The notes: generated from the letters alone by a model not told the origin. A stretch of 64,000 nt of DNA from Candidatus Levyibacteriota bacterium (GCA_027459745.1 DAIDHL010000003.1:1125-65124), one strand, 5' to 3'. Positions 9,735 through 20,829 are shown, numbered from the stretch's first letter. Translations and numbers: made by a program.

Positions 9735-10186
9735 GTGAGGATTTAAACCTCTTAAGCAAACTAGAATAGTTTGGATCGTCTTCTGTCAAATAAAATCAAT
9801 GCAATTATCGAGATATGAAGCTTGCTTATGGGGAAGAGTAGTTATTTCCAGACCCAATCTACTTATTCTTATCGCAAGAAAAATGTAGTTATACCTTCCC
9901 AATCTGATAGCAAAACTTGCGATATTCGTTAAATTCTTTCCTAAGATATCACTAATTATTTACTATTGCAAGCAGATCATTATAACTATACTATACGGAC
10001 TCCATCAGGCACTTAATTATAATTTTCATATTACATATCGTAGCACTATATTTTTATATAAAAGACTATTTTGTATTAATTACTGTAACTAAAACAAAAA
10101 TTTATCATATTTTGCTAAACTTAATAAACATTTACAACTCTCACACACAAACCCTAATATTTAACCCATATAATCTGCAACGTATT

Positions 10187-10600
10187 ATGGCTGAAAGAAT
10201 TAAACGAAGTATGGGAATATTAACTTTATCCCAAGGTCAAAAATTAAAATACTACGAAGGATATTTTGGCGCAGATCCCAGAACCATTGATTTTAAAATA
10301 CGAATAGATCCACAATATAAAAGAAAATTAACAGCAGAAGTACTGATGGCGCTAAGACATGCGAAAAAGGGAAACTACATTCTTCGTGAACCTTGGATTA
10401 AGAGTGAGAATGATAATTTTAAAGATAATTCAGAATTACATATGGTATTTTATCCCAGAAACTCCGAATATGGGCAAAAAGTACTGGCTAATCGTAGTAG
10501 AAATAATTCAAGTAATTCTGCTCTACTTTATGGAGAAAAACTTTTTTCAAAAGAGGATATAGGTACTTCAGATGAGGCTGATTTGGTCTTCAGAAGATAG
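10187..10600 (+). CDS. Hypothetical protein
   Basis: ORF preceded by TATAAT about 12 nt upstream of the ATG (leaderless-like). No motif recognised. Confidence 0.35.
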   Translation: MAERIKRSMGILTLSQGQKLKYYEGYFGADPRTIDFKIRIDPQYKRKLTAEVLMALRHAKKGNYILREPWIKSENDNFKDNSELHMVFYPRNSEYGQKVLANRSRNNSSNSALLYGEKLFSKEDIGTSDEADLVFRR

Positions 10601-10783
10601 TTATTTTCTTAAATTTCGTAGAATTTTTCAAAATATTCCAAGTCGAGAAAAATGTTTATTTTTGGATCTTTTCTCAATCGAACCTTTGAAAGAGTAACTA
10701 ACAAATTAAGCAAAATCAGGTTGGTTTTGTGTCAAAGATAATATTTTTAATCTAAAATCTATGAATTTACTGTACCAATATTC

Positions 10784-11377
10784 TTAAGGTGTGAGTGATA
10801 CTGTGGTTGAGATAGATTTTCCTTGCTCCATTGGAGCTGATACAACGATTGATTTACTGACTCCACTGCTAATTAACTCAACGTCATAACCTGTTTGATA
10901 ATGATATTGACAGGTATTTAGAGGCTGACCATTATAAATTTCTGGATCAACCGGAAATAGAGTTAAATACTTGGGTAATAAAATACTACATAAGTCCAGC
11001 CCACCAGTCTGAATTTGTTGATTAGAATTTGTTATCTGAGGAGGTAGCTGATGATTAGTATCATAATAAGCTTTAATTGCCTGAGCAATGGTATTCACAT
11101 CTGCTTGTCGCTGTTGAGTACTGGCAGTACTTGAAATGGAATTTTCTTGATTTTGTGTTTGAGAACTTTTGACTACTTTATTAAACAGAAAGCTTCCCAG
11201 CCATATCAGCAAAGCAAAAATTAATAAGACAACTAAGATAATCCCCACTACCTTAGCAGTTTTTTTGCCTACATTATTTATATTAATCCCTTCCGATTTA
11301 TTGACTACCGAAACATTGGGGCTTTGTGTTTGTTGTGTGGGTTCAGCAGTAGGCAAGGGAGGCAGTTGATCGTCCAT
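10784..11377 (-). CDS. Membrane-anchored protein with pilin/GspG-like domain (no class III signal)
   Basis: Single TM, then RQADVNTIAQAIKAYYDTNHQLP, which resembles the pseudopilin core. Confidence 0.45.
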   Translation of the reverse strand: MDDQLPPLPTAEPTQQTQSPNVSVVNKSEGININNVGKKTAKVVGIILVVLLIFALLIWLGSFLFNKVVKSSQTQNQENSISSTASTQQRQADVNTIAQAIKAYYDTNHQLPPQITNSNQQIQTGGLDLCSILLPKYLTLFPVDPEIYNGQPLNTCQYHYQTGYDVELISSGVSKSIVVSAPMEQGKSISTTVSLTP

Positions 11378-11507
11378 ACATCTATGCTAAAGAGGTAAAC
11401 AATAAATGTCAAATAAAATTTATTATTAGTTGATTACTAATAACATTTAGACTTAACTTTTTCTATTAAAAAATGCCTGAACAAATTGAGATAAAAAAAA
11501 TATCGGG

Positions 11508-11580
11508 TGCCGAGACTCAGAGTCGAACTGAGATAGCGTGTTCTTCAGACACGTGCCTTGACCACCTTGGCTACCTCGGC
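11508..11580 (-). tRNA. tRNA-Phe (anticodon GAA), 73 nt, no encoded CCA
   Basis: Manual fold gives acceptor GCCGAGG/TCTCGGC, anticodon stem CGTGT/ACACG with loop CTGAAGA, and T arm CTCAG-TTCGACT-CTGAG. The D stem is only 3 bp. Confidence 0.7.
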
Positions 11581-11698
11581 ATTAAGTATTACAATAACAA
11601 AGTCTATTTTACCATTCATACCGCCTCTGTTCAAGCTAATAAATTAAAAAATTAAGCAAAATATAATTAAGGAGTGATATAATCTCATCTATTATCCT

Positions 11699-12637
11699 AT
11701 GATACTGACAGAATTGCGAGAAAGATCCCGAAGGATAAAATCACCCACAGAAGCAACCCCTCTTCAATTAAGTGCCTCCAAAGCAAAAACATATTTTGCC
11801 CAGGAAAAATTCTTAAACCAAAGTGCAGAAAAATTAGCTGGACTACGAAGATCATACAGCTCGGAATTTACCCAAGAATCTTTCTACCAAGGTTTAAAAG
11901 ATGCTTTGAATGGCAGCTTACCTACTGCTGAATGGGGAGAGCAAGGAGAAGTCATTTTCAGCTTCCTGGCAGCAAATAAGCAAGAAATGCAAGCTCGTGA
12001 AAACAATATCCATAAGAGTGCATATAAAATCAGTGGACCAGAGGCTTATTTCCTAACCAATAAAGTGATTTGGAAAATGCAGCACTCTGATGACTCCGAA
12101 AAGGTTAAGTTATTGGCCTTAAATGGGGGAGAGGACATTAATGTATTTGAGGAAACAAAAAAACTAAATACATCTTTTAAATTGAGTGCAATTGCGAGTC
12201 TGTCTTCACTAGTTTTAAACGCCGTCACAGGTATTGCAGGAGCATTCGGATCTATGGCCAGGGCAGAACCTAAAGAGATGGCCTTATATTTGTCGACAAG
12301 TTATGGTCTTAATTTGTTCTCCAATGTCATTTTGGCCAAATCACATAATGACTTACTAAATCAACCAGATATCGGTACTTGCTCAAATGTTTTTGCTAAA
12401 ATTTTTCACTCAATAAAGAAAGCCAGCTCACCCACGGACATCAAGGGTCTACAAAACGAAGTTATCAAGGGTACATTATATTCCAATATATTTACGGAAA
12501 CATTACCCCTACTGCTGGGAGCATTATCTCCAGCAGCTATATTTACTTCCAATCTAACTCAAACAGGATATAACTTCACATTAACTGGAATCAATAAGTT
12601 ATGGCTACATAAAAGTAGAACGAATCATTACAAATAA
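11699..12637 (+). CDS. Hypothetical protein
   Basis: 312-aa ORF with no recognisable motif. Confidence 0.4.
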   Translation: MILTELRERSRRIKSPTEATPLQLSASKAKTYFAQEKFLNQSAEKLAGLRRSYSSEFTQESFYQGLKDALNGSLPTAEWGEQGEVIFSFLAANKQEMQARENNIHKSAYKISGPEAYFLTNKVIWKMQHSDDSEKVKLLALNGGEDINVFEETKKLNTSFKLSAIASLSSLVLNAVTGIAGAFGSMARAEPKEMALYLSTSYGLNLFSNVILAKSHNDLLNQPDIGTCSNVFAKIFHSIKKASSPTDIKGLQNEVIKGTLYSNIFTETLPLLLGALSPAAIFTSNLTQTGYNFTLTGINKLWLHKSRTNHYK

Positions 12638-12664
12638 CCTTATAAATTTAACATACGACCATAA

Positions 12665-15028
12665 ATGTTGTATTATAAATATGAGATGTATGTTGGTTTA
12701 ACTTCTTCCGAAGTAGAAAAACTTCTAAAAGCAAACGGATTTAACGAAATACCAGAAAAGCATGTCAGCATTATTACGAAAGTATTAAAAAATATATTTT
12801 CTCCTATTGGCATAATGCTGATTTTAGCCTCGACACTGTCTTTTTTTCTTAACAAAACTTTTGACGGCTATTTTATTTTGATATTACTAGCCATCAATAT
12901 CGTCATCACACTTTGGCAGGAAAATAAAGCCGACAATGCAATAAAAAAACTAAATGAGAATCTGCAACAAAAGATTAAAACTTTTCGAGATAATAAATGG
13001 TCATATATTCAGTCTAGAGAACTAGTACCTGGAGATATTATTCAATTAGCATCAGGAGAAATAATACCTTCAGATGGCGTAACAATCGAAGCACAGCATG
13101 TTAGTGTAAATGAATCTGCACTAACTGGAGAATCATTACCAAAAGATAAAAAAGAGAATGATAAAGTATTTTCCGGATCATTTATCGCCAATGGAATTAT
13201 AGTTATTAAAGTAACAGCTACTGGAGCTAAAACAAATTTTGGCAAAACTATTTTTTCAGTTGAGAAAGTTAAGAAAAAAAGCTTATTAGAAAAGGATATA
13301 ATCAACATTTCCAAATTCTTGACGATATTAAGTCTATTAGCGGTTGTAATACTATCTATTATTTTCATATTTAAAAGAACCTCTATTCTCGAACTATTAA
13401 CCTTGGACTTAAGCTTAATTATCGCTGGGGTACCAATAAGTCTACCCACAGTTATGACTTTAATTATTGAGTTTGGGGTTTTGAATTTAGCTCAAAAAAA
13501 CGTGATTGTCAGAAGGCTGTCAGCTCTTGAAGATTTAGCCAATGTAAATTTTTTACTTACAGATAAAACCGGCACTTTGACACAAAATAAGATAACGGTT
13601 CAAGATATCTATGCATATGATGGTTTTACGCATAATGATGTTCTGACATTTGCTTCAATTATTGCTAGATTCGAAAGTGATAATCCCATAGACCAAGCAA
13701 TATTGGAAAGATATCACAATCTAAAACTCACAACACCCATTATTCAAAAAACAGATTTTATACCCGCCGACTCAAAACGTAAACGAAGTACCCTTTTCTC
13801 GAAACAAGAAGGGCATGATTTGGTATTTTGTTTAGGAGCTCCACAGGTAGTGGCAAGTTTTTGTAGATTAGATGCTAACACGTCTGAGAAATTTAACAGA
13901 GAAGTTCAAACTCTTGCTAATAATGGATATCGCACTTTAGCATTAGCTAAAGGTCAAGGGACAACCGAAGAAAATCTGCAATTAGTAGGCTTAATTGCAC
14001 TCTCTGATACACTCAGAGATGATGCGAAATCTGTGGTAAACTTCCTGAAAAAGAACGGCATTGGTGTGGCAATGGTGACCGGAGATAATAGAGCAATTGC
14101 CTCCCAAATAGCCAAAGAACTTGATCTGTCGGAAAATGGCATAATTACCAAAGAATATCTTACTAAAAATAAATGGGGGAATTTAAACGCGAAATTCTTT
14201 CAAAATACATCAGCGTTCGCAGAAATATTACCTGAGGATAAATTCCATCTGGTACAAAAAGCTAAAGAGTTTTTTACCGTTGCGTCAAATGGTGATGGAG
14301 TAAATGATTTACCAGCAGTGAAGGCAGCAAACGTAGGAATAGCGGTAAAAAATGCTGTAACAGCATTAAAATCTACAGCTGATATTGTTTTATTATCCAA
14401 TGGAATAAGCGTTATCAAAGATGCAATTATTGAAAGTCGCAAAATTTTTGAGAGAATCTACACTTATTCTCTCTATAGGATTTCTGAAAGTCTAAGATTA
14501 ATCCTAACAATTGCAATCCTTGGGATAATATTCGGTGCTTATCCTATGACAGCATTGCAAATAATACTATTAGCATTACTTAACGACATTCCGATCATTT
14601 CCCTTGCTTCAGATAGAGTCCAAATTACATTAAGTCCAGCTAAAATTAATATTAAACTTCGCTATCTTCTCAGCTCAACCTATGGCTTCATTGGAGTAGT
14701 TGAAAGTTTGATATTATTTTTAGTGATGAATAATCTCCTACATTTACCATGGTCGGTGATACAAACTATGTATTTTCTAAAACTTACAGTATCGGGACAT
14801 ATGTTAATATATGTGGCCCATACTAAAGAAAGATGGTGGAAATTTTTACCCAGCAAGCAGGTAATTTGGGCCACTTCATTGACCCAGCTATTTGCGACTA
14901 TATTAACTTTCATAGGCTTTTTGATGCCAAGTAAATTAATGTTATGGGAAATTGCGTTGGTTTGGGGATGGGCGTTTATCTGGACCCAATTTAATGAAAT
15001 CGCCAAGGCCATTATTCTAAAAAAATAG
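12665..15028 (+). CDS. Cation-transporting P-type ATPase (P3/Mg2+-H+ like)
   Basis: DKTGTLT phosphorylation motif, TGDN, GDGVNDLPA, and 10 TM segments. Confidence 0.85.
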   Translation: MLYYKYEMYVGLTSSEVEKLLKANGFNEIPEKHVSIITKVLKNIFSPIGIMLILASTLSFFLNKTFDGYFILILLAINIVITLWQENKADNAIKKLNENLQQKIKTFRDNKWSYIQSRELVPGDIIQLASGEIIPSDGVTIEAQHVSVNESALTGESLPKDKKENDKVFSGSFIANGIIVIKVTATGAKTNFGKTIFSVEKVKKKSLLEKDIINISKFLTILSLLAVVILSIIFIFKRTSILELLTLDLSLIIAGVPISLPTVMTLIIEFGVLNLAQKNVIVRRLSALEDLANVNFLLTDKTGTLTQNKITVQDIYAYDGFTHNDVLTFASIIARFESDNPIDQAILERYHNLKLTTPIIQKTDFIPADSKRKRSTLFSKQEGHDLVFCLGAPQVVASFCRLDANTSEKFNREVQTLANNGYRTLALAKGQGTTEENLQLVGLIALSDTLRDDAKSVVNFLKKNGIGVAMVTGDNRAIASQIAKELDLSENGIITKEYLTKNKWGNLNAKFFQNTSAFAEILPEDKFHLVQKAKEFFTVASNGDGVNDLPAVKAANVGIAVKNAVTALKSTADIVLLSNGISVIKDAIIESRKIFERIYTYSLYRISESLRLILTIAILGIIFGAYPMTALQIILLALLNDIPIISLASDRVQITLSPAKINIKLRYLLSSTYGFIGVVESLILFLVMNNLLHLPWSVIQTMYFLKLTVSGHMLIYVAHTKERWWKFLPSKQVIWATSLTQLFATILTFIGFLMPSKLMLWEIALVWGWAFIWTQFNEIAKAIILKK

Positions 15029-15066
15029 TATAAAATTGAATAATAATCAGTAATACCTGATTTTTT

Positions 15067-16251
15067 TTATTCCTTGTGAGTCAGATCCGCTATCATTAAG
15101 ATAAGCGTAGCCATTAAAGCTGCAGCAAATGCATAAAAATAGGAGTAAAACTGGCTAAAAGAAAATAGTAATCCCATGATAAGATTGGATAAAAATTGCC
15201 CTATACTCCTTGAAACAGATAACCAACCCATACCTGAGGATAGATTAGTAGAACGAACCAGCTGGGATGTAGCTGTTGGCTCATAGGTTTCCACTGCACC
15301 CATTCCTAGCCCTAATCCAGCGATAAAAATATAGAATGCAAATGTCGTATAGTGAAATAGTATACTTAAGCCAATCAGAAGTGATGCTAAGGCTGAGGGA
15401 ACATAACCCAACGACCAAAGCGCACGAATTGGTGTCAAATTTTGCGCTCCTAGCACATATCCGCTTATCGCTGATACACCCAGATAAATGCCATAAGTTA
15501 GAATTCCTAGAACATAATTGTAGTTATGTGACAAGGCAGCTGTCAAAATCGGGAAACCGAGATTATAGAAGCTAAAACCATAGAATGTAGCAGAAACTAA
15601 TAGTGCGATAAACAAGACATTATTCCGTTTCTCTTTTTGAACTGAAGCTTTAACCTTCTCTTTTGCAACAGTAATATAGTTTTTATTTCGCTTAACTAGA
15701 ATTAATAATAGAGTTGAGATTAACAATGGAATAGCAGAAAGTAAAATTATTAAACTAATTGAAAAATGGAAAACGATGACTAAAAGTAGTGCTATCGCAA
15801 TAGATATCATTCCTCCTCCTATATCCAAAGCATGTAACAAACCAAAAACATTCGAACGGTAATTTGGATCAGAAACGTTAACCAGTAAAGCCCGACGAGC
15901 TGGAGAACGAAAATATCTAGCCCACCAACCCAGAATAAATAAAATACCACTTAACCACAAAATATGAGTAAGCGCACTTAAAGACATAAGAGGAATAAAA
16001 ATATTGCCCATGATAGCAATGGTTTTTTTATCGATCCTATCTCCTAGCTTTCCTCCCAAATAAGCGAAAAATGAACCTATGCCAAAACTAAGCGCAGTAA
16101 TGATGCCATACACAAATACTGGTTGATGAAGTTGAATCACCAGAAAAAGAGGAAATAAGGCTGTAACACCTTGATATCCCATATCCGCAAAAAAAGCGGA
16201 GAAACAAATCAACAGTATATCTTTAGTAATAAATGTTTTTTTCATATCCAT
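15067..16251 (-). CDS. MFS transporter
   Basis: 12 hydrophobic segments; GGKLGDRIDKK loop motif between TM2 and TM3. Confidence 0.7.
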   Translation of the reverse strand: MDMKKTFITKDILLICFSAFFADMGYQGVTALFPLFLVIQLHQPVFVYGIITALSFGIGSFFAYLGGKLGDRIDKKTIAIMGNIFIPLMSLSALTHILWLSGILFILGWWARYFRSPARRALLVNVSDPNYRSNVFGLLHALDIGGGMISIAIALLLVIVFHFSISLIILLSAIPLLISTLLLILVKRNKNYITVAKEKVKASVQKEKRNNVLFIALLVSATFYGFSFYNLGFPILTAALSHNYNYVLGILTYGIYLGVSAISGYVLGAQNLTPIRALWSLGYVPSALASLLIGLSILFHYTTFAFYIFIAGLGLGMGAVETYEPTATSQLVRSTNLSSGMGWLSVSRSIGQFLSNLIMGLLFSFSQFYSYFYAFAAALMATLILMIADLTHKE

Positions 16252-16390
16252 AAATAGACGATTTCTCTAGTATATCAATAAATTTTATAGTAAAGTATGA
16301 TTTTTGAATGAATTTATTAATAAAATCCTCAAAAAATATCATATTTTGTTATACCTCAATGTTACCCTCGCTTTCTGATATAATTTCTTA

Positions 16391-17368
16391 ATGGATCTGG
16401 ATAGAAACATAATAAACCAGAATAGAGAGAAAGTTGCAAATTTACTCAAAATTTATGGGGAGGATACCTTATCATATTTTCACCTTCAGGAAGATAGGAA
16501 CTATTTCTTTTCCCCATCAGGTAAATCATTTTTGTCATTTAAAACTTTAAATGGAGTAGCTATAGTTGCATCTGATCCAGTAGGTGAAGTATCTGAGTTT
16601 AGTACATTAATTTCTTCGTTTTTAGCTTATACAAGGAGTTGGAAAATAAAGCCTTGTTTTATTAGTTTAAGCTCCAATTACCTTAAAATATTACAAACAC
16701 ACGGTTTCAAAACCTCTAAAATCGGTGAGGAAGCAATTATTAATTTAGATACATTTGAGCTACAGTCATTAAAGAAAAAAGTAAGACGGGCAGTTAAACA
16801 TATTGAGTCATTAGATATAGAAATATTCTTTTATTCTCCTAAAAACCTTCCTAACTTTATAAAATTACAGATTGAAGACATATCGAACAATTGGCTCAAA
16901 AAAAACGGCCGTAAAGAAAGAGGATTTTCGATGACGCTAAGAAGGTTGCCCAATGAATTTGATACAGATTGTGTGTTTGCCGTAGCAGTTAATGATGCCA
17001 AAGTTGAAGGATATCTTTGTTTTGTACCAGTATATAAATACTCTATGCTATCTTTAGATCATGCTAGAAGAAAAGATAATGCACCAAATGGACTTAATGA
17101 ATTTTTGATCATTAAATCTGCCGAATATTTTAAATCTAAAGGTATAAAAAAGATAAGTCTTAATTTTGCAATCTTTTCAAATATTTTAGCAGAGAAGTCT
17201 ATTCTCTTAGCCAATCTTAATAGTATTCTAGAAAGATTATATAAAAGTCACACCCTCAGAACTTTTAACGAAAAATTTGCTCCTACTTGGGAAACAAGAT
17301 ACGTAGCATTCGCGAGTCTAAGACATATGCCACTTTATTTATTAGCTATTTTGCGGGCAGAAAGATAA
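16391..17368 (+). CDS. DUF2156 / MprF C-terminal-like aminoacyl-phosphatidylglycerol synthase domain protein (stand-alone)
   Basis: Resemblance to the lysyl-PG synthase catalytic domain; the domain is soluble, with no TM region. Confidence 0.55.
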   Translation: MDLDRNIINQNREKVANLLKIYGEDTLSYFHLQEDRNYFFSPSGKSFLSFKTLNGVAIVASDPVGEVSEFSTLISSFLAYTRSWKIKPCFISLSSNYLKILQTHGFKTSKIGEEAIINLDTFELQSLKKKVRRAVKHIESLDIEIFFYSPKNLPNFIKLQIEDISNNWLKKNGRKERGFSMTLRRLPNEFDTDCVFAVAVNDAKVEGYLCFVPVYKYSMLSLDHARRKDNAPNGLNEFLIIKSAEYFKSKGIKKISLNFAIFSNILAEKSILLANLNSILERLYKSHTLRTFNEKFAPTWETRYVAFASLRHMPLYLLAILRAER

Positions 17369-17414
17369 ACAAACCAAAAACCAAGAAGTATACTACTCAA
17401 TAAGTCCAGATATG

Positions 17415-17487
17415 TGGACGATAAGGGACTCGAACCCCTGACATCTTCAGTGTAAATGAAGCGCTCTACCAACTGAGCTAATCGTCC
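17415..17487 (-). tRNA. tRNA-Val (anticodon TAC), no encoded CCA
   Basis: Manual fold gives acceptor GGACGAT/ATCGTCC, D arm GCTC-AGTTGGTA-GAGC, anticodon loop TTTACAC, and T loop TTCGAGT. Confidence 0.8.
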
Positions 17488-17536
17488 GCTCTTATGAATT
17501 ATAGATTATTTACCACGCACGATCAAGAAGTCGAAA

Positions 17537-18667
17537 CTACTGGTAGTAAATTGTCTGAGGATAAAAGGCTGACCAGGAATACCAATAAGCTGATTCATAT
17601 GCAGGAGTAGATAAATGAGCACCTTGCATCGACCCACTGATAGCCAAGCCGGTTAAATCCCAGGTGGAGCCAGTTTGCTTATCGTGGAGATACTGTCCAT
17701 CAAAACTAAAACTCAAATCTCTACCATTTAAATAACTACGAAACATTCTCTGATCACCAAAAAAAGGATCATTAACAATGATTAAATGCCAACCGGCTAC
17801 ATCATCAGCAATCAAACCATGTTTGACAACTTCATCAGAGGGATAGAATTTGGCTACATTATGAATAAAAACTCCATAACCAAATCGACCAGGTGCAAAA
17901 CGTGAATCAGGCTTTTGCTGCATCATCGATGTCAAACCAATATTCACCCGGACATCCTGGTTATTCTCACCCTCATTTTGCCGATATACTCCCACATCCT
18001 CTACGGGTTTGAGCACCTTTAAATTACTGAGATTTTTAATTTTGTTCCAGGTAGTATTCTCTACCACCATGACCTGATGTAAACGTTGACCTTTTAATTT
18101 TCCTGCGAAAGATACACCTGTCAACTCATTCCAGTAGGAATTAGTCAATTTGTCATACATTACCTGATTGCCGTACATCAAAGGTCCTAGTGACTGAAAA
18201 GAATCCACTTGTCCCTGCAATTTTCGCTCATAGGCTAGGGGGGTATTAGATAAAATACAATAAGTGATAGCAACTGGCTGTCCATTAATCACCTGATTCA
18301 CTACTTCATGAAATCTCACTATCATTTGGGGATAGACAAAAATAGTCTGCTTAGTACGAATAAAATAAACTAAATCTGTGGACTTAAGGAACTTATCAGC
18401 CTGTTCCGGCAAAACAAATTCAGGATTTGAAATATCCATGAACATTTCTTTATCGATACTTCCCCAAAGCTGGCTCAAAGGCCTTATTTCGCTTGAGGAT
18501 GAGATAAACTGTGGCTCATTTTCCAAACTGATTAACTTATATTCTTGATATAAAACATAAATACCGGTAAGAACCAGTACCAGAGCAAAAAGGAAGACAA
18601 AGCTCCAAATATAATTAAAACGAAGCTTAACCGATTTAATTCGCTTCTTTTTTTGGCTATTCATCAA
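17537..18667 (-). CDS. DUF3179 family protein (N-terminal TM)
   Basis: Repeated motif of the form YxD..TGS.W....G.A..G...G..L that is typical of DUF3179. Confidence 0.5.
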   Translation of the reverse strand: MMNSQKKKRIKSVKLRFNYIWSFVFLFALVLVLTGIYVLYQEYKLISLENEPQFISSSSEIRPLSQLWGSIDKEMFMDISNPEFVLPEQADKFLKSTDLVYFIRTKQTIFVYPQMIVRFHEVVNQVINGQPVAITYCILSNTPLAYERKLQGQVDSFQSLGPLMYGNQVMYDKLTNSYWNELTGVSFAGKLKGQRLHQVMVVENTTWNKIKNLSNLKVLKPVEDVGVYRQNEGENNQDVRVNIGLTSMMQQKPDSRFAPGRFGYGVFIHNVAKFYPSDEVVKHGLIADDVAGWHLIIVNDPFFGDQRMFRSYLNGRDLSFSFDGQYLHDKQTGSTWDLTGLAISGSMQGAHLSTPAYESAYWYSWSAFYPQTIYYQ

Positions 18668-18882
18668 TTAATATTGTAATCGTCTTTTAGTCGAAGAAGT
18701 GTGATCTAGATTACAGTTAAATAAAACAATAAATTCTTTTTCTTTCAGGCTAATTCCGGGTTGTTAGAGACTTCATATTATATGAGTTCTGAAAATTTGC
18801 AATTACAATGCATTTAAAACACCCGATCAAGAAATAACCCTAGATTCACCTCACGTTATTCTTCTAACCTTGACAAAATAGT

Positions 18883-19029
18883 TGAAATGGGCATCATGCA
18901 AAGTCCTGTGCTGGCTGTGAATGGCAAACCTGTAATGGTTGGATTTACACCCGATAAAGAAACAGTGAAGGCAAAATTACTGGAAGCGATACATATTAGC
19001 CATAGGAATAATATTCACCGGATATCTAT
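18883..19029 (+). pseudogene. Glutaredoxin-like C-terminal fragment (remnant of a thioredoxin-fold gene)
   Basis: It translates to MGIMQSPVLAVNGKPVMVGFTPDKETVKAKLLEAIH. This resembles the C-terminal glutaredoxin-like domain of the 21147..21773 protein, but there is no CxxC-bearing N-terminal part. Confidence 0.3.
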
Positions 19030-19154
19030 TTAATATGATATTAAACTGACCACTTTTAAACTCTATTAAATTTGCTTGAAAGAAAATAGACCCCTTGTCT
19101 GTATTACTAGTAGATACCAACTATTACACATAAATTGAAAGGAGGTGAATACAT

Positions 19155-19526
19155 ATGAACAAAACATCTATACTTCTTGGATTGTCTGCTCTCGTTATCG
19201 GAGGAGCAGCATTTATTCCACAAAGCGTACTTGCCTATAGAGGTGACCCAACTGTTAAAGGTCCCAACTATACCCAAGAACGACATACAGCGATGGAAAA
19301 AGCATTTGAGAATAAAGATTACAATGCCTGGAAAACGCTTATGGCAGGACGAGGTAGAGTATCTCAAGTTATTAATGAGCAAAACTTTGCCCAATTTTCC
19401 CAAGCCCACGTTTTAATGGAGCAAGGCAAAACTGCTGAGGCAAATAAAATACTTGCACAACTCGGACTAGGTCTGCACGATGGGAGCGGAATGAATCAGG
19501 TGGGTTATGGAAGAATGAACCATTAA
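19155..19526 (+). CDS. Small secreted protein (signal peptide), hypothetical
   Basis: Strong SD AAAGGAGGTGA upstream. Signal-peptide-like N-terminus ILLGLSALVIGGAAF. Confidence 0.5.
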   Translation: MNKTSILLGLSALVIGGAAFIPQSVLAYRGDPTVKGPNYTQERHTAMEKAFENKDYNAWKTLMAGRGRVSQVINEQNFAQFSQAHVLMEQGKTAEANKILAQLGLGLHDGSGMNQVGYGRMNH

Positions 19527-19643
19527 CCTTTTTTATATACATAAGCTGATACCTCACTTATATACCATGAGTGGGGTTTCAGCAGTTTATAATGTATGCA
19601 TATATGTACCATCATGCAACCATATATACTAAATTAAATAGTT

Positions 19644-20186
19644 ATGAACGATATATCCAACTTGTCAGACGAAGAAGTGATCGCCATAGTCAGAAGTCAA
19701 GACAAGGAAGCATATGCTGAAATTATCAGACGATATCAGGCAAAACTTATACGGTATGCTCATTACATACTTGGAGATGAACAAATGGGAGCAGATGCAG
19801 TACAGGAAGGATTTATCAAAGCCTATATCAATCTCCAGGGATTTGATACAAAAAAGAAATTTTCCAGTTGGATCTATCGCATCGTCCATAATGAAGCGAT
19901 GAACGTACTGAGCAAACATAAGAAACAACGACCCATGGATAATCAGGTTGAGTTGGCTAGCGGAGTCAATTTAGAGGATGAATTTATTAAAAACGAACTC
20001 GTTAATCATGCACATCAGTGTCTTGAGCAAATGCCGATCATTTATAAAGAGCCGTTGTCACTTTTTTATTTAGAAGAAAAATCATATGAAGAGATTAGCG
20101 ATATATTACGAATACCTATAGGTACGGTTGGCACACGAATCAACCGAGCTCGGGGAATCATGAAAAAACTATGTCAAAAACACTAA
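19644..20186 (+). CDS. RNA polymerase sigma factor, ECF (sigma-70 family group 4)
   Basis: Region 2 (AYAEIIRRYQAKLIRYAHYIL...FSSWIYRIVHNEAMN) and region 4 HTH (SYEEISDILRIPIGTVGTRINRAR). Confidence 0.8.
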   Translation: MNDISNLSDEEVIAIVRSQDKEAYAEIIRRYQAKLIRYAHYILGDEQMGADAVQEGFIKAYINLQGFDTKKKFSSWIYRIVHNEAMNVLSKHKKQRPMDNQVELASGVNLEDEFIKNELVNHAHQCLEQMPIIYKEPLSLFYLEEKSYEEISDILRIPIGTVGTRINRARGIMKKLCQKH

Positions 20187-20701
20187 AAACATCAACTGAT
20201 TTGGAAAAGATTATCATGGCTAAAGTAAAATCTAATGAGATTGCCATGAAACCAAAGTGGTATTTTGTTGTAGGGTCACTAATCGCAATTGCTGGACTGG
20301 TAGGTTTGAGCATCTTAGCGGTTTTCTTAACCAACTTAACATTTTTTTTACTCTTCAGACACGGACCAATGGTGCAGTGGAGATTGCAACAATTAGTAAC
20401 TAGTTTTCCCTTGTGGATTCCGATTCTTGCGGTGTTGGGTATCGTAATGGGAATATGGATACTGCGAAAATACGAATTCTCTTACAAGAAAAACTTTGGG
20501 CTTATTATTATTGGGTTTATCTTCTCAGTGATCATTGCAGCTATCGTTATTGACCAACTCGGTTTAAATGATATTTGGTCTCATCAAGGCCCAATGAGAC
20601 AGTTCTATCAACAAGTTGAAGGCAAAAATCCAACTTTGCAACGAGGAGCAGGACAGGGGAAAGGACAATTACAAAATAGGTTTTACCAACAAGGTCAATA
20701 A
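20171..20701 (+). CDS. Membrane protein, putative anti-sigma factor partner
   Basis: Overlaps the sigma gene by 16 nt. Multiple TM segments. Confidence 0.45.
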   Translation: MSKTLKTSTDLEKIIMAKVKSNEIAMKPKWYFVVGSLIAIAGLVGLSILAVFLTNLTFFLLFRHGPMVQWRLQQLVTSFPLWIPILAVLGIVMGIWILRKYEFSYKKNFGLIIIGFIFSVIIAAIVIDQLGLNDIWSHQGPMRQFYQQVEGKNPTLQRGAGQGKGQLQNRFYQQGQ

Positions 20702-20739
20702 TTTCAAATTACGTAACCGCCCAGGAGTTTCCAAAGAAA

Positions 20740-20829
20740 ACGTCATTGCGAGCAAAGTCTCGCTGAGCGGGACGTAGCGAAGCAATCTACTGCAAAAGAT
20801 CGCCACGCCTTTCGGACTCGCGATGACGT
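20740..20829. repeat. Palindromic MITE/REP-like element (terminal inverted repeats ACGTCATTGCGAGC / ACTCGCGATGACGT)
   Basis: Its termini share the GTCAT(T/C)(G/C)CGAGC motif and an ACGTAG box with the two elements flanking pheS. Confidence 0.4.

Noticed and set aside
13042-15012. Several minus-strand ORFs (13042-13449, 13954-14151, 14200-14442, 14680-15012)
   Set aside because: All are antisense to the P-type ATPase CDS, whose motifs are unambiguous.
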